A stretch of DNA of 64,000 nt from a virus. Below, in pieces: positions 48,670-57,492 of this stretch (its first letter is position 1; each line of letters begins with the position of its first letter). Below the pieces are notes generated by a model, which made no database searches, was not told the DNA's origin, and saw only the letters and a list, made by a program, of their open reading frames with translations. Where the stretch lies: IMG/VR virus record IMGVR_UViG_3300027730_001702, positions 2,269 through 66,268 of that record, one strand, 5' to 3'. The translations under genes and the position numbers were made by a program.

Positions 48670-48687
48670 ACTTTAAATTACACTTGA
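48502..48687. repeat. 186-bp direct repeat, copy 2
   Basis: Offset 687 bp from copy 1. Confidence 0.9.
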
Positions 48688-48721
48688 CTTTTAATTTTTA
48701 GCTTGGTATCATATATAAAGG

Positions 48722-50206
48722 ATGATTTACTCTTTACAAGTAGAAAGACATGTACTAAGCGGCTTACTTAAACATCAAGATCTCTTTGCGGATATTGATG
48801 TATTTTTAACCGAAAATGATTTTTATAATGATGTTCATTCATCAATATATACTGTATTTAAAAATATAAAGCACAAGGGAGAAAACGTAGATAAGGTATT
48901 ACTAGCAGAAAAGATTAAGAATCTTGGGATTTCATTCAAAGATGAGATTAATATTTTTGATTATATTGATAATTTAAGTTTTTCTCAGATCACAGAAGAA
49001 GCCACAATGACAGCTTGCAAAGAGCTAATTAAATTAAGAGTTCGAAGAGAAATATCTCAGACAGCAGATAAATTAAAAGAATATATTAACAAGAATTCAG
49101 AAGATTCAATGGATGAAATTATTGGTAAGATTGATCAAATTTATAATAAGAAAATATCAGCATACTCAGAAAATGATGTACCAGTTAATGTTTTTGAAGA
49201 AGTTGAGGATTTAATAGAAGAAATTGGTAATAGTCCCAAAGATGATACAGGATTAATTACTCCATACTCCGAGTTTAACAGAATGTACGGAGGCTTAAAA
49301 AATGGGAATATTTATGCTATCGCAAGTCGCCCAGGTCAAGGAAAAACTTCATTTTTAAATGACATTTGTTTTAAAACTTCTATTAATCCAAAGAATAAAA
49401 CTAAAACTTTAATTCTCGACACAGAAATGCAAACAATGGATATTCAAATTCGAATGGTTGCATCATTAACTAATGTTCCAGTATGGTATCTAGAAACGGG
49501 TAATTGGCGTAAAAATGAAGATATGACCCGAAAAGTAAGAGCAGCTTGGGCAAAAGTTAAGACTTATGAGTACTTTCACTATCATGTTGGCAATAAGAAT
49601 ATTGATCAAGTATGCTCTATTATACGCAGATGGTATTTATCTAAAGTTGGTCGAGGCAATCAAGCTATGATAGCTTATGATTACATTAAATTAACAGGTG
49701 AAAAAGTTGGCCAAAACTGGGCAGAACATCAAGCTATTGGTGAAAAAATTGATAAGCTAAAAAGAATTTCAGAAGAAATCAATTGTCCAGTTATAACAGC
49801 AATGCAATTAAATAGGACTGGGGAGAATTTTAACAGAAACTCTTCTAACGTTGTTGACGATAGCTCTGTAATCTCTCTTTCAGATAGACTCCAATGGTTT
49901 GCTTCATTCGTGGCAATCTTTAGGCGAAAAACTCTAGATGAATTGACTCTAGATGGTCAAGCATTTGGAACACATAAACTAATTCCAACTAAAACAAGAT
50001 TTCAAGGTAAAGATGCGGCGGGCCACCAAGACTTGGTGAGAAGGCTAGATTCATCTGGCAAAGAGGTATGGGGACAAAACTACCTTAATTATCAAATTAC
50101 AAATTTTAATATAGAAGAGCGCGGTTCATTAAGAGATGTTGCTGAAAGACAAAGGGAGCAATACGAGCTAACCGATCAAAATGCAAATGATGGAGAATTA
50201 CTATGA
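48722..50206 (+). CDS. dnaB: replicative DNA helicase
   Basis: ASRPGQGKT, DTEM, YDYIK, AMQLNR; TTGACT-N17-TATCAT promoter at 48684..48712. Confidence 0.92.
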   Translation: MIYSLQVERHVLSGLLKHQDLFADIDVFLTENDFYNDVHSSIYTVFKNIKHKGENVDKVLLAEKIKNLGISFKDEINIFDYIDNLSFSQITEEATMTACKELIKLRVRREISQTADKLKEYINKNSEDSMDEIIGKIDQIYNKKISAYSENDVPVNVFEEVEDLIEEIGNSPKDDTGLITPYSEFNRMYGGLKNGNIYAIASRPGQGKTSFLNDICFKTSINPKNKTKTLILDTEMQTMDIQIRMVASLTNVPVWYLETGNWRKNEDMTRKVRAAWAKVKTYEYFHYHVGNKNIDQVCSIIRRWYLSKVGRGNQAMIAYDYIKLTGEKVGQNWAEHQAIGEKIDKLKRISEEINCPVITAMQLNRTGENFNRNSSNVVDDSSVISLSDRLQWFASFVAIFRRKTLDELTLDGQAFGTHKLIPTKTRFQGKDAAGHQDLVRRLDSSGKEVWGQNYLNYQITNFNIEERGSLRDVAERQREQYELTDQNANDGELL

Positions 50207-50859
50207 ATGTAGATTTAGTATCAGTTACAAAACCAGAAATTAAGGGAATTAAAAACGCAGAAGATTTGGTCTCCTATTGCGCTAGAGTTAGCAATCCATC
50301 TAATCAAATGAATACAGAGACCGCTCCAAAACTATTAAAATTTTTAATCAAACATAAACACTGGAGTCCATTTGAACTTGTTGATATGTGTGTTGAAATA
50401 AAAACTAGCAGAGCTATTGCTGCGCAAATTTTAAGACACAGATCATTTTGTTTTCAAGAATTTAGTTTAAGATATAGTTTAGCCACAGAATACGAAGACA
50501 TAGAACTTAGACTTCAGGGTGATAAAAATAGACAAGTAGGCGAAATTCTTATGAAAACAAATACAGAAGCATACGATAAAGTCAATGAACTTTTAATAGA
50601 ATCCCTATCCCTTTCTCAACATTGTTATGATACAATGATTGAAAATGGAGTTGCAAAAGAAGTAGCAAGAATGATATTACCTTTAACAACTCAAACTACA
50701 ATGTATATGAAAGGTTCGTTAAGAAGCTGGATTCATTACATCGAGTTAAGAACCGATCAAAATACTCAAAAAGAACATAGAATAATTGCAGAAAAATGCA
50801 AAAAGATTTTTATTAAAGAATTTCCTGTGATAAGTGAGGCTTTAGAATGGAGCAAGTAA
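50203..50859 (+). CDS. thyX: flavin-dependent thymidylate synthase
   Basis: HWSPFE, QILRHRSFCFQEFSLRY, EVARMILP, QKEHR. Confidence 0.95.
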   Translation: MNVDLVSVTKPEIKGIKNAEDLVSYCARVSNPSNQMNTETAPKLLKFLIKHKHWSPFELVDMCVEIKTSRAIAAQILRHRSFCFQEFSLRYSLATEYEDIELRLQGDKNRQVGEILMKTNTEAYDKVNELLIESLSLSQHCYDTMIENGVAKEVARMILPLTTQTTMYMKGSLRSWIHYIELRTDQNTQKEHRIIAEKCKKIFIKEFPVISEALEWSK

Positions 50860-51752
50860 GTATTTACGAAGTCCTTACTGAATTGGGATATCAACTAAAA
50901 GATTGTGGTAAAGAATTTAGAGCTAGACCCTTATATAGGGATAGCGATAATGATACAGTTTTAAGAATATATAAAGACACAGGTAAATGGTTCGACTTTA
51001 AACAAAATATAAGCGGAGACTTGAACTCTCTAGTGAGGCTTACTCTGAGAATAGATGATCCAGAAAAAGCCCAAGAATGGCTTAAAAATAAAAACTTTGC
51101 ATTTAATCAACCTCAAGGGGCGTCGAAACCGCTCCTTAAATCAACAAAAAAGTTTGATTTAGATCTATTATCTAATTTAGAAAATAATCATTTGTATTGG
51201 AATAATAGAGGAATTATTACAGATGTTTTAATAAAATTTAAAGGTGGGATAGGTAAGGCTGGTAAAATGAAAAATAGATATGTTTTTCCTATATTTGATA
51301 TTAAAAATAATATAATAGGATTTTCTGGTAGAGATATTACAAATCTTTCTAAGATTAAATGGAAACATCTTGGTGAGAAGAATGATTTCGTTTACCCACT
51401 ATTCTTAAACTCGAAAGTAATAGAGATTCAAAAAGAAGTAATTCTTGTTGAGAGCATTGGCGACATGCTGAGTTTATATCAAGCAGGAATTGAAAATGTA
51501 TTAGTAACGTTTGGTACAAGTCTTAGTTTATCTATATTAAACTATTGTTTAAAAATAGATATAAAAAAGATATACATTAGCTTAAACAATGATTCACAAA
51601 AGAATAACACAGGGAATATAGCTTCAGAAAAGATCTACGCCAGATTGAATAGGTACTTTGATAGCAATCAATTAAAAATCATTTTACCAACTAAAAAAGA
51701 TTTTGGAGAGATGACTAAAGAAGAAATTTTAAAATGGAAAACAAACCTTTAA
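50847..51752 (+). CDS. DnaG-like primase (Toprim)
   Basis: RYVFPI, GFSGR, LVESIGD, KDFGEM. Confidence 0.85.
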   Translation: MEQVSIYEVLTELGYQLKDCGKEFRARPLYRDSDNDTVLRIYKDTGKWFDFKQNISGDLNSLVRLTLRIDDPEKAQEWLKNKNFAFNQPQGASKPLLKSTKKFDLDLLSNLENNHLYWNNRGIITDVLIKFKGGIGKAGKMKNRYVFPIFDIKNNIIGFSGRDITNLSKIKWKHLGEKNDFVYPLFLNSKVIEIQKEVILVESIGDMLSLYQAGIENVLVTFGTSLSLSILNYCLKIDIKKIYISLNNDSQKNNTGNIASEKIYARLNRYFDSNQLKIILPTKKDFGEMTKEEILKWKTNL

Positions 51753-52699
51753 AAATATTATCTGCTTCTAGAATAAAAACTCTTGAGACTTGCTCTTGGG
51801 TCTACTGGAACAACTATCATGAAAAAATTCCGCAGACTCAAAATGATGGTAGTCTTAGAGGTACAATCTGCCATACAATATTCGAGATTCTTTTAAATCC
51901 AAAACATAAAAATCACTATAATAAAATAATTAAGAAAGATTCTATTACATCTAGTAAAGCTATCACTAGATTAGTTAAAAAGTTAAAAGCTAAAGTTGGA
52001 CTAAATGAGTCTAATTTTGAACTATTAGATCAGATGATATTAGTAGGTCTTAAGAATGATTTTTTCGGTGAAAAAGATGGTAAAATTGTATCTCCAGAAT
52101 ATGCTTTCGACATTGAAAATGATGAACCTAAATATCATATTAAGGGTTTTATTGATAAACCCGTTAAATCAAACAATAAAATGGTTATAATTGACTACAA
52201 AAGCTCTAAAGCCAAGTTTAGGGGCGATGACCTTCAGGCAAATATTCAAGCCATGATGTATAGTTTAGCCAGCAAAAAGTTATGGCCCAAACTCAAACCA
52301 GTCGTAAGATTCTTATTTCTTAGATTTCCCAAACAACCAATTCAAGAGCTTGAATTTTCAGATGACCAAATTAAAGGATTCGAGCATTATTTAGAGCATA
52401 TTAATAACTATATTAATAAATTTGACGAAAATTCGGCAAAAGCAAATTTTGCTATAGATAATAATAAAAGTAAATGGATGTGTGGGGTAGGCAATTGGAG
52501 ATGTCCATATAGAGATGCCTATGAATATTACGTTAAATTAAATGAGAAAGGCGAGATTGTAGAGTCAAGTCTTAACAATGAATTTAAAGATATCACAGGA
52601 TTTACTATAGAAAAAAGAAAATATCAAGGATGTCCAAAGTTTAACAATACAAATAAAGATGATATTTTAGATAAAAAAGAAGATGAATTTTTAGATTGA
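51734..52699 (+). CDS. PD-(D/E)XK (RecB/Cas4-like) exonuclease
   Basis: LSASR, GTICH, GFIDK, IDYKS, Q...Y, C-terminal Cys. Confidence 0.8.
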   Translation: MENKPLKILSASRIKTLETCSWVYWNNYHEKIPQTQNDGSLRGTICHTIFEILLNPKHKNHYNKIIKKDSITSSKAITRLVKKLKAKVGLNESNFELLDQMILVGLKNDFFGEKDGKIVSPEYAFDIENDEPKYHIKGFIDKPVKSNNKMVIIDYKSSKAKFRGDDLQANIQAMMYSLASKKLWPKLKPVVRFLFLRFPKQPIQELEFSDDQIKGFEHYLEHINNYINKFDENSAKANFAIDNNKSKWMCGVGNWRCPYRDAYEYYVKLNEKGEIVESSLNNEFKDITGFTIEKRKYQGCPKFNNTNKDDILDKKEDEFLD

Positions 52700-52733
52700 T
52701 TCGCATTAAAATATAAACTATAATAGTCTCAAA

Positions 52734-53480
52734 ATGATACCATTATTTAAATCTCACTATTCTTTAGGTAGATCTATATTAACTTTAGAAGATAAACAAG
52801 AGCAAGATGATTATCCAGACTCTATTATTCAAATAGCAAAACAAAACAATTTAAAAGAAATATATTTAGTTGAAGATAATATGTCTTCTTTCTTAGAGGC
52901 TTATACTAATTGTAGAGCGAATAATATCAAATTAAACTATGGATTAAGGATATCAGTCACAGAATCAATAAGCGATAAATCCGAAGAATCAAAAATCAAG
53001 TCATCAAAGATAATCTTATTCTTTAAAAATAAAAAAGGACATCAGCAATTAACAAAACTCTATAGTGTCGCAGCTAAAGAAGGTTTTTATTATGAACCAA
53101 GACTAGATTATAAAACAATTTCCAAAAATTGGACCGATGATTTAATTCTATGCATACCATTCTATGATTCTTTTATATTCAATAATACTCTTAAAAATAG
53201 TCTTTGCGTCCCTCAATTTGATTTTACAAAACCTATCTTCTTCATAGAAGATAATGATCTACCATTTGATTCACTCGTAAAACAAAAAGCTTTATCTTTT
53301 GCTGAAAAGAACAATCTTAAAATATACAAAGTGCAAAGTATTTTTTATAAAGAAAGAAAAGATTTTAAAGCTTACTTAACTTTTAGATGCATTAACAATA
53401 GAAGCGTTTTAAATAAACCTAATTTAGATCATATGTCCAGTAACGAATTTTGCTTTGAAAGCATTCATAAAAGGAATTAA
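52734..53480 (+). CDS. stand-alone PHP domain of DNA polymerase III alpha
   Basis: KSHYSLGRS, KNKKGHQQL.KLYS, FYYEPRLD. Confidence 0.8.
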   Translation: MIPLFKSHYSLGRSILTLEDKQEQDDYPDSIIQIAKQNNLKEIYLVEDNMSSFLEAYTNCRANNIKLNYGLRISVTESISDKSEESKIKSSKIILFFKNKKGHQQLTKLYSVAAKEGFYYEPRLDYKTISKNWTDDLILCIPFYDSFIFNNTLKNSLCVPQFDFTKPIFFIEDNDLPFDSLVKQKALSFAEKNNLKIYKVQSIFYKERKDFKAYLTFRCINNRSVLNKPNLDHMSSNEFCFESIHKRN

Positions 53481-54118
53481 TGGACGAGCATCTTTTAAGA
53501 TACGATAAAGACAAGACTATAGTCTTTATAGATTGCGAGAGTTTTAATCTTTGTCTTAACTTTTGCCATAATATTCCTTGGCAGATAGCGATGATAAAAG
53601 TCAAAGGCGACAAGAAAATAGACCAGAAGAATTTTTATTTAAAATGGGATACAGATTTAAAAATAAGTGAAGATGCTGCGAGAATCACAAGATACGATCA
53701 CAGAAAAGTCCAAAAAGAAGGTTTCAATCCAAAAGAAGTATTTCCTACAATAAAAGATTGGCTCGACAATGCAGACTATATAATTGGACACAATATTTTA
53801 GGGTTTGACATTTACCTTATAAAAGAATACTATAAAACTATGGAATCAAATTGGAAGGGATTAATGAATAAAATTATAGATACTAATGCGGTCGCAAGAG
53901 GCATTAAATATAATTCTATTTATACTCCTAAAGATGATTTACTTGAATATCAATATAAAATTCTTAATACCAGAAAGAAAAATGTTAAAAGCTCTTTAAC
54001 TTTTTTGGGTAAAGAGAACGGCATAGATCACGATTATGAGAGTCTTCACGACGCAATAAATGATCTTGACTTGAATTTAAAAGTATGGAATAAACTAAAA
54101 TGGCAGATAGAGGTATAA
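53480..54118 (+). CDS. DEDDh 3'-5' exonuclease (DnaQ-like)
   Basis: FIDCES, GHNILGFD, LHDAINDL. Confidence 0.85.
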   Translation: MDEHLLRYDKDKTIVFIDCESFNLCLNFCHNIPWQIAMIKVKGDKKIDQKNFYLKWDTDLKISEDAARITRYDHRKVQKEGFNPKEVFPTIKDWLDNADYIIGHNILGFDIYLIKEYYKTMESNWKGLMNKIIDTNAVARGIKYNSIYTPKDDLLEYQYKILNTRKKNVKSSLTFLGKENGIDHDYESLHDAINDLDLNLKVWNKLKWQIEV

Positions 54119-54119
54119 A

Positions 54120-54347
54120 ATGGGCTCATTAGACAATGTTTACGATACTATACAAAAATTAGAAGACCATGGAATAGAATATCTTCTTATAACCATAGAA
54201 AAAGGAAAGAAGCAGGGTAAAGCTGATGTATTTTACAGCTTAAAAGATAGAGCTTCTATGAAAATTCTAGCAAAAGGATTGGATGTTTTTAATCAAGAAA
54301 TAGATAAAATTGAAAAAGAGCAAGAGGAAGATGAAAATGAAGACTGA
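54120..54347 (+). CDS. small acidic hypothetical protein
   Basis: ORF track; lies within the polymerase operon. Confidence 0.6.
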   Translation: MGSLDNVYDTIQKLEDHGIEYLLITIEKGKKQGKADVFYSLKDRASMKILAKGLDVFNQEIDKIEKEQEEDENED

Positions 54348-56925
54348 CAACTACTCCAACGCAAAAGATTTTTCTGATCAATTCGAAAATATAGAGCTAG
54401 ATATTCACGGGGTTAGATTGCCTGAGTTTGAGATTGATCTAGCCTCTAAAAGACATTTAGGTGTTAGTGAGGATGCATCAAACTATGACTTTTTAAGAGC
54501 CTTAACATTAAACGGATTTAAAACTTTAAATATTAATAAAGCTGATAAGGATTACAAGAGGTATATCGATAGGGCAAAATATGAATTAGACACGTTAAAA
54601 GAGTTAGGGTTTATTGATTATATATTATTAGTATGGGATGTTATACATTTTTGTAAAACTAGTGATATTCCAGTGGGTTTAGGCAGAGGTTCGGCCGCAG
54701 GGTCTTTGATATTATATTTAGTGGGCGTTACCAGAATTGATCCAGTTAAATATGATCTCTATTTTGAAAGATTTATATCCAAGATTCGCGCTAAAAAACA
54801 GATTGTTGATGGGGTAACGTATTTAGATGGTAGTTTGATGTGCGATGTAGATTTAGATATTTGTTATTATAATCGTCAAAAAGTCCTTCAATATTTAGAG
54901 AATAAATTCAAAGACAAAACTAGCAAGATATTAACCTTTAATAGTTTAAGTGGAAAATTGCTTATTAAAGAATGTGGTAAAATCATTGCTGAAAAACCAG
55001 AGCAAGAAATGACAATGATATCTTCTTTAATTCCTAAAACCTATGGCCAAGTTAAGGACATCTCAGAAGCCTATAAAGAAGTTGAGCAATTTAAAGAGTG
55101 GTGCGATCAAAATAAAGAAGCATATCAAGTCGCCCTTAAATTAAGAGACTTAATCAAGAATAAAGGAGTTCATCCTTCTGGCGTATTACTTTCTTATTAC
55201 GATTTAGAGACTATCTGTCCAACAGAATTCTCTTCAGACAAAGAAATCGTATCTAGCTTCGATATGAACTGGGCAAGCGTTTTTAACATAAAGCTTGATA
55301 TTCTTGGCTTAAGAAGCGTTTCTGTAGTAGATAATGTTTGCAAGAGCATTAATCTAAAAATAGAAGATATAGATTTAAATCATGAATCTATTTATAGAAA
55401 TTTACAGGATTTAAAATCGCCACATGGTCTATTCCAAATCGAAGCAGAAACTAATTTTAGGGTATGTCAAAAAGTTAAACCAAAAAATCTAGAAGAACTT
55501 AGCGGTGTTCTAGCTTTAGCTAGACCTGGAGCTCTTCAATTCGTAGATAAATATGCAGCTCATACAAATTTTCAACAATCAGAAAGTATTCATCCGTTTT
55601 TTGATGAAATTTTAAAACAAACTGGCGGGGTTGCTTTATATCAAGAGCAATTAATGAAAATGGCTAATAAGATTGGTTTTAATTTAGATGAAGCAGAAAT
55701 CTTAAGAAGAATCGTGGGTAAAAAGAAAACGGAAGAAATCAAAGCTTGGAAACAAAAGATCGAACAAAAATGTAAACAAAATAAAATTCCAAAAGAAGTT
55801 AGCGAAATTTTATGGAAGCTTCTTGAAGATTCTGTTAATTACTCCTTTAATAAATCGCATTCAATAGCTTATGCTGGACTTGCAGCAATTACAATTTATC
55901 TTAAGTTTAATTATCCTCAACAATTCTTTTTATCATTATTAAAGATGAGCAGGAATGAACCAGATCCAATTGGCGAAATATCTAAAATTCAAAAAGAAAT
56001 GCATAACTTCGGGATCAAACTCCTTCCTCCTCATATTATTAAATCAGAAATGGATTTCTCAATTGAGGATAAAGACATTAGATTCGGTCTATTATCAATC
56101 AAAGGTATTAGCGATAAATCAATAGAAAAATTGAATAGCTTTAGAAATAAATATTCTAATAAATTTGAAATATTTGAAGCTGCAGAAGAAGCTGGATTAA
56201 ATATTGGAGCATTATCTGCATTAATTCAAGCTGGCGCACTTAGTGGGTTCAATCAATCAAGAAGTAAAATAGTACTAGAAGTTCAATTATGGAACATGCT
56301 AACCTCTAAAGAGAAGAAATACGCTATATCATTTGCAGATAAATTCGATTATGATCTAATTAAAATTATTAAACATCTTAATAAATTCACTGACGAAAAA
56401 AATAAAGTGGTTATTAAAGATAATAGATTGAGTACCATTAAAGAAAAGTATACTCCATATTTGAGCATATATGAGCAAAATAATAAAAGTGAAAGCTTTG
56501 CTAATTGGTATTACGAAAAGAAGCTTCTGGGATATACTTATAATAAAAATCTAAAAGATATCTTTGCTGAGAAAAGAGAAAATCTTAAATATATATCTGA
56601 TATATTAGATGAACCAGTAAACTCTAAAGTAGCTTTAGTTGGTCAAATAGAAGAGGTATTTTCTGGAATATCCAAAAATGCAAAAAAGACAAGATATGTT
56701 AGATTAAAGATATCAGATGAAACAAGCACCATTAGCGCATTAATATTTAACGATAATATCGACACAAATAAACTATTAAATAATAAAAATTTTGAAGAAG
56801 GGAATATTGTTATAGTAAAAGGTTCTAAAAGAGATGATTGTATATTTGGTGATTTAATAGCTATTCAAGATCATGAGATATACATGAAATTAAATGATTT
56901 AAAAAAGATAGATAAAAATAATTGA
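54310..56925 (+). CDS. dnaE: DNA polymerase III alpha catalytic core (lacks PHP)
   Basis: GRGSAAGSL, LYFERF, CDVDLD, HPSGV, KLDILGL, FNKSH, C-terminal OB fold. Confidence 0.93.
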   Translation: MKKSKRKMKMKTDNYSNAKDFSDQFENIELDIHGVRLPEFEIDLASKRHLGVSEDASNYDFLRALTLNGFKTLNINKADKDYKRYIDRAKYELDTLKELGFIDYILLVWDVIHFCKTSDIPVGLGRGSAAGSLILYLVGVTRIDPVKYDLYFERFISKIRAKKQIVDGVTYLDGSLMCDVDLDICYYNRQKVLQYLENKFKDKTSKILTFNSLSGKLLIKECGKIIAEKPEQEMTMISSLIPKTYGQVKDISEAYKEVEQFKEWCDQNKEAYQVALKLRDLIKNKGVHPSGVLLSYYDLETICPTEFSSDKEIVSSFDMNWASVFNIKLDILGLRSVSVVDNVCKSINLKIEDIDLNHESIYRNLQDLKSPHGLFQIEAETNFRVCQKVKPKNLEELSGVLALARPGALQFVDKYAAHTNFQQSESIHPFFDEILKQTGGVALYQEQLMKMANKIGFNLDEAEILRRIVGKKKTEEIKAWKQKIEQKCKQNKIPKEVSEILWKLLEDSVNYSFNKSHSIAYAGLAAITIYLKFNYPQQFFLSLLKMSRNEPDPIGEISKIQKEMHNFGIKLLPPHIIKSEMDFSIEDKDIRFGLLSIKGISDKSIEKLNSFRNKYSNKFEIFEAAEEAGLNIGALSALIQAGALSGFNQSRSKIVLEVQLWNMLTSKEKKYAISFADKFDYDLIKIIKHLNKFTDEKNKVVIKDNRLSTIKEKYTPYLSIYEQNNKSESFANWYYEKKLLGYTYNKNLKDIFAEKRENLKYISDILDEPVNSKVALVGQIEEVFSGISKNAKKTRYVRLKISDETSTISALIFNDNIDTNKLLNNKNFEEGNIVIVKGSKRDDCIFGDLIAIQDHEIYMKLNDLKKIDKNN

Positions 56926-56958
56926 CATTTTAAAATATAAGTAGTAATATAAAGGAAT

Positions 56959-57492
56959 ATGATATCATTTTACAAACCAAATAGTAAAAACACAGGCACA
57001 GCTTGTAGTTTTAGCGTAAATTCAAAAGATAATTCTGTATGGGGTTCATTAATCAAGCAAAGCTCTTGGAATGATGCCAAAAAGATTGGGTCTTTTTCGG
57101 AGAATCAAAATAATCCAAATAAAAGTGTTAAGGTTAAATTTTCATTAACAGAGGCAGCTGGAATTCTTGACGCAATAGAAAGAAATACAGAGTTTTCTGC
57201 TTATCATAACTCAGAAAAACAAATTACTAAGATCAAGTTGTCGCCCTATATTAGAGAAGAAAAACAAGTCGGTTTCTCTTATAGTGTTCATAAAGAAGAT
57301 AAGCAAAATATAGAAAATAAACAGTCTTATTTAATTGGTTTTTACTTTAACGAAGCTAGACTTTTAAGGGAGTTTTTAGCCTATTCTTTAAATTCTGTTT
57401 TTGAAACTCAAAGAATTGAAGCAATAAAGAAAGCTAAAAATTCAACAGAAGAAACGATCAATAGCCCACAAGAAGATAGCGAACTTTGGTAA
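56959..57492 (+). CDS. putative ssDNA-binding protein (Whirly-like pattern)
   Basis: ISFYK...FS, KFSLTEAAGIL, IGFYFNEARLL, acidic tail ending DSELW; promoter TTGACA-N17-TAATAT at 56922..56950. Confidence 0.45.
   Translation: MISFYKPNSKNTGTACSFSVNSKDNSVWGSLIKQSSWNDAKKIGSFSENQNNPNKSVKVKFSLTEAAGILDAIERNTEFSAYHNSEKQITKIKLSPYIREEKQVGFSYSVHKEDKQNIENKQSYLIGFYFNEARLLREFLAYSLNSVFETQRIEAIKKAKNSTEETINSPQEDSELW

Noticed and set aside
47815-48687. DGR template/variable repeat or CRISPR array
   Set aside because: One mismatch only, not adenine-specific; the repeat is the constant part; no reverse transcriptase, cas genes or spacer periodicity in the window
51734-52699. Cas4 of a CRISPR system
   Set aside because: Sits in the replication operon with no array or other cas genes; a common phage exonuclease
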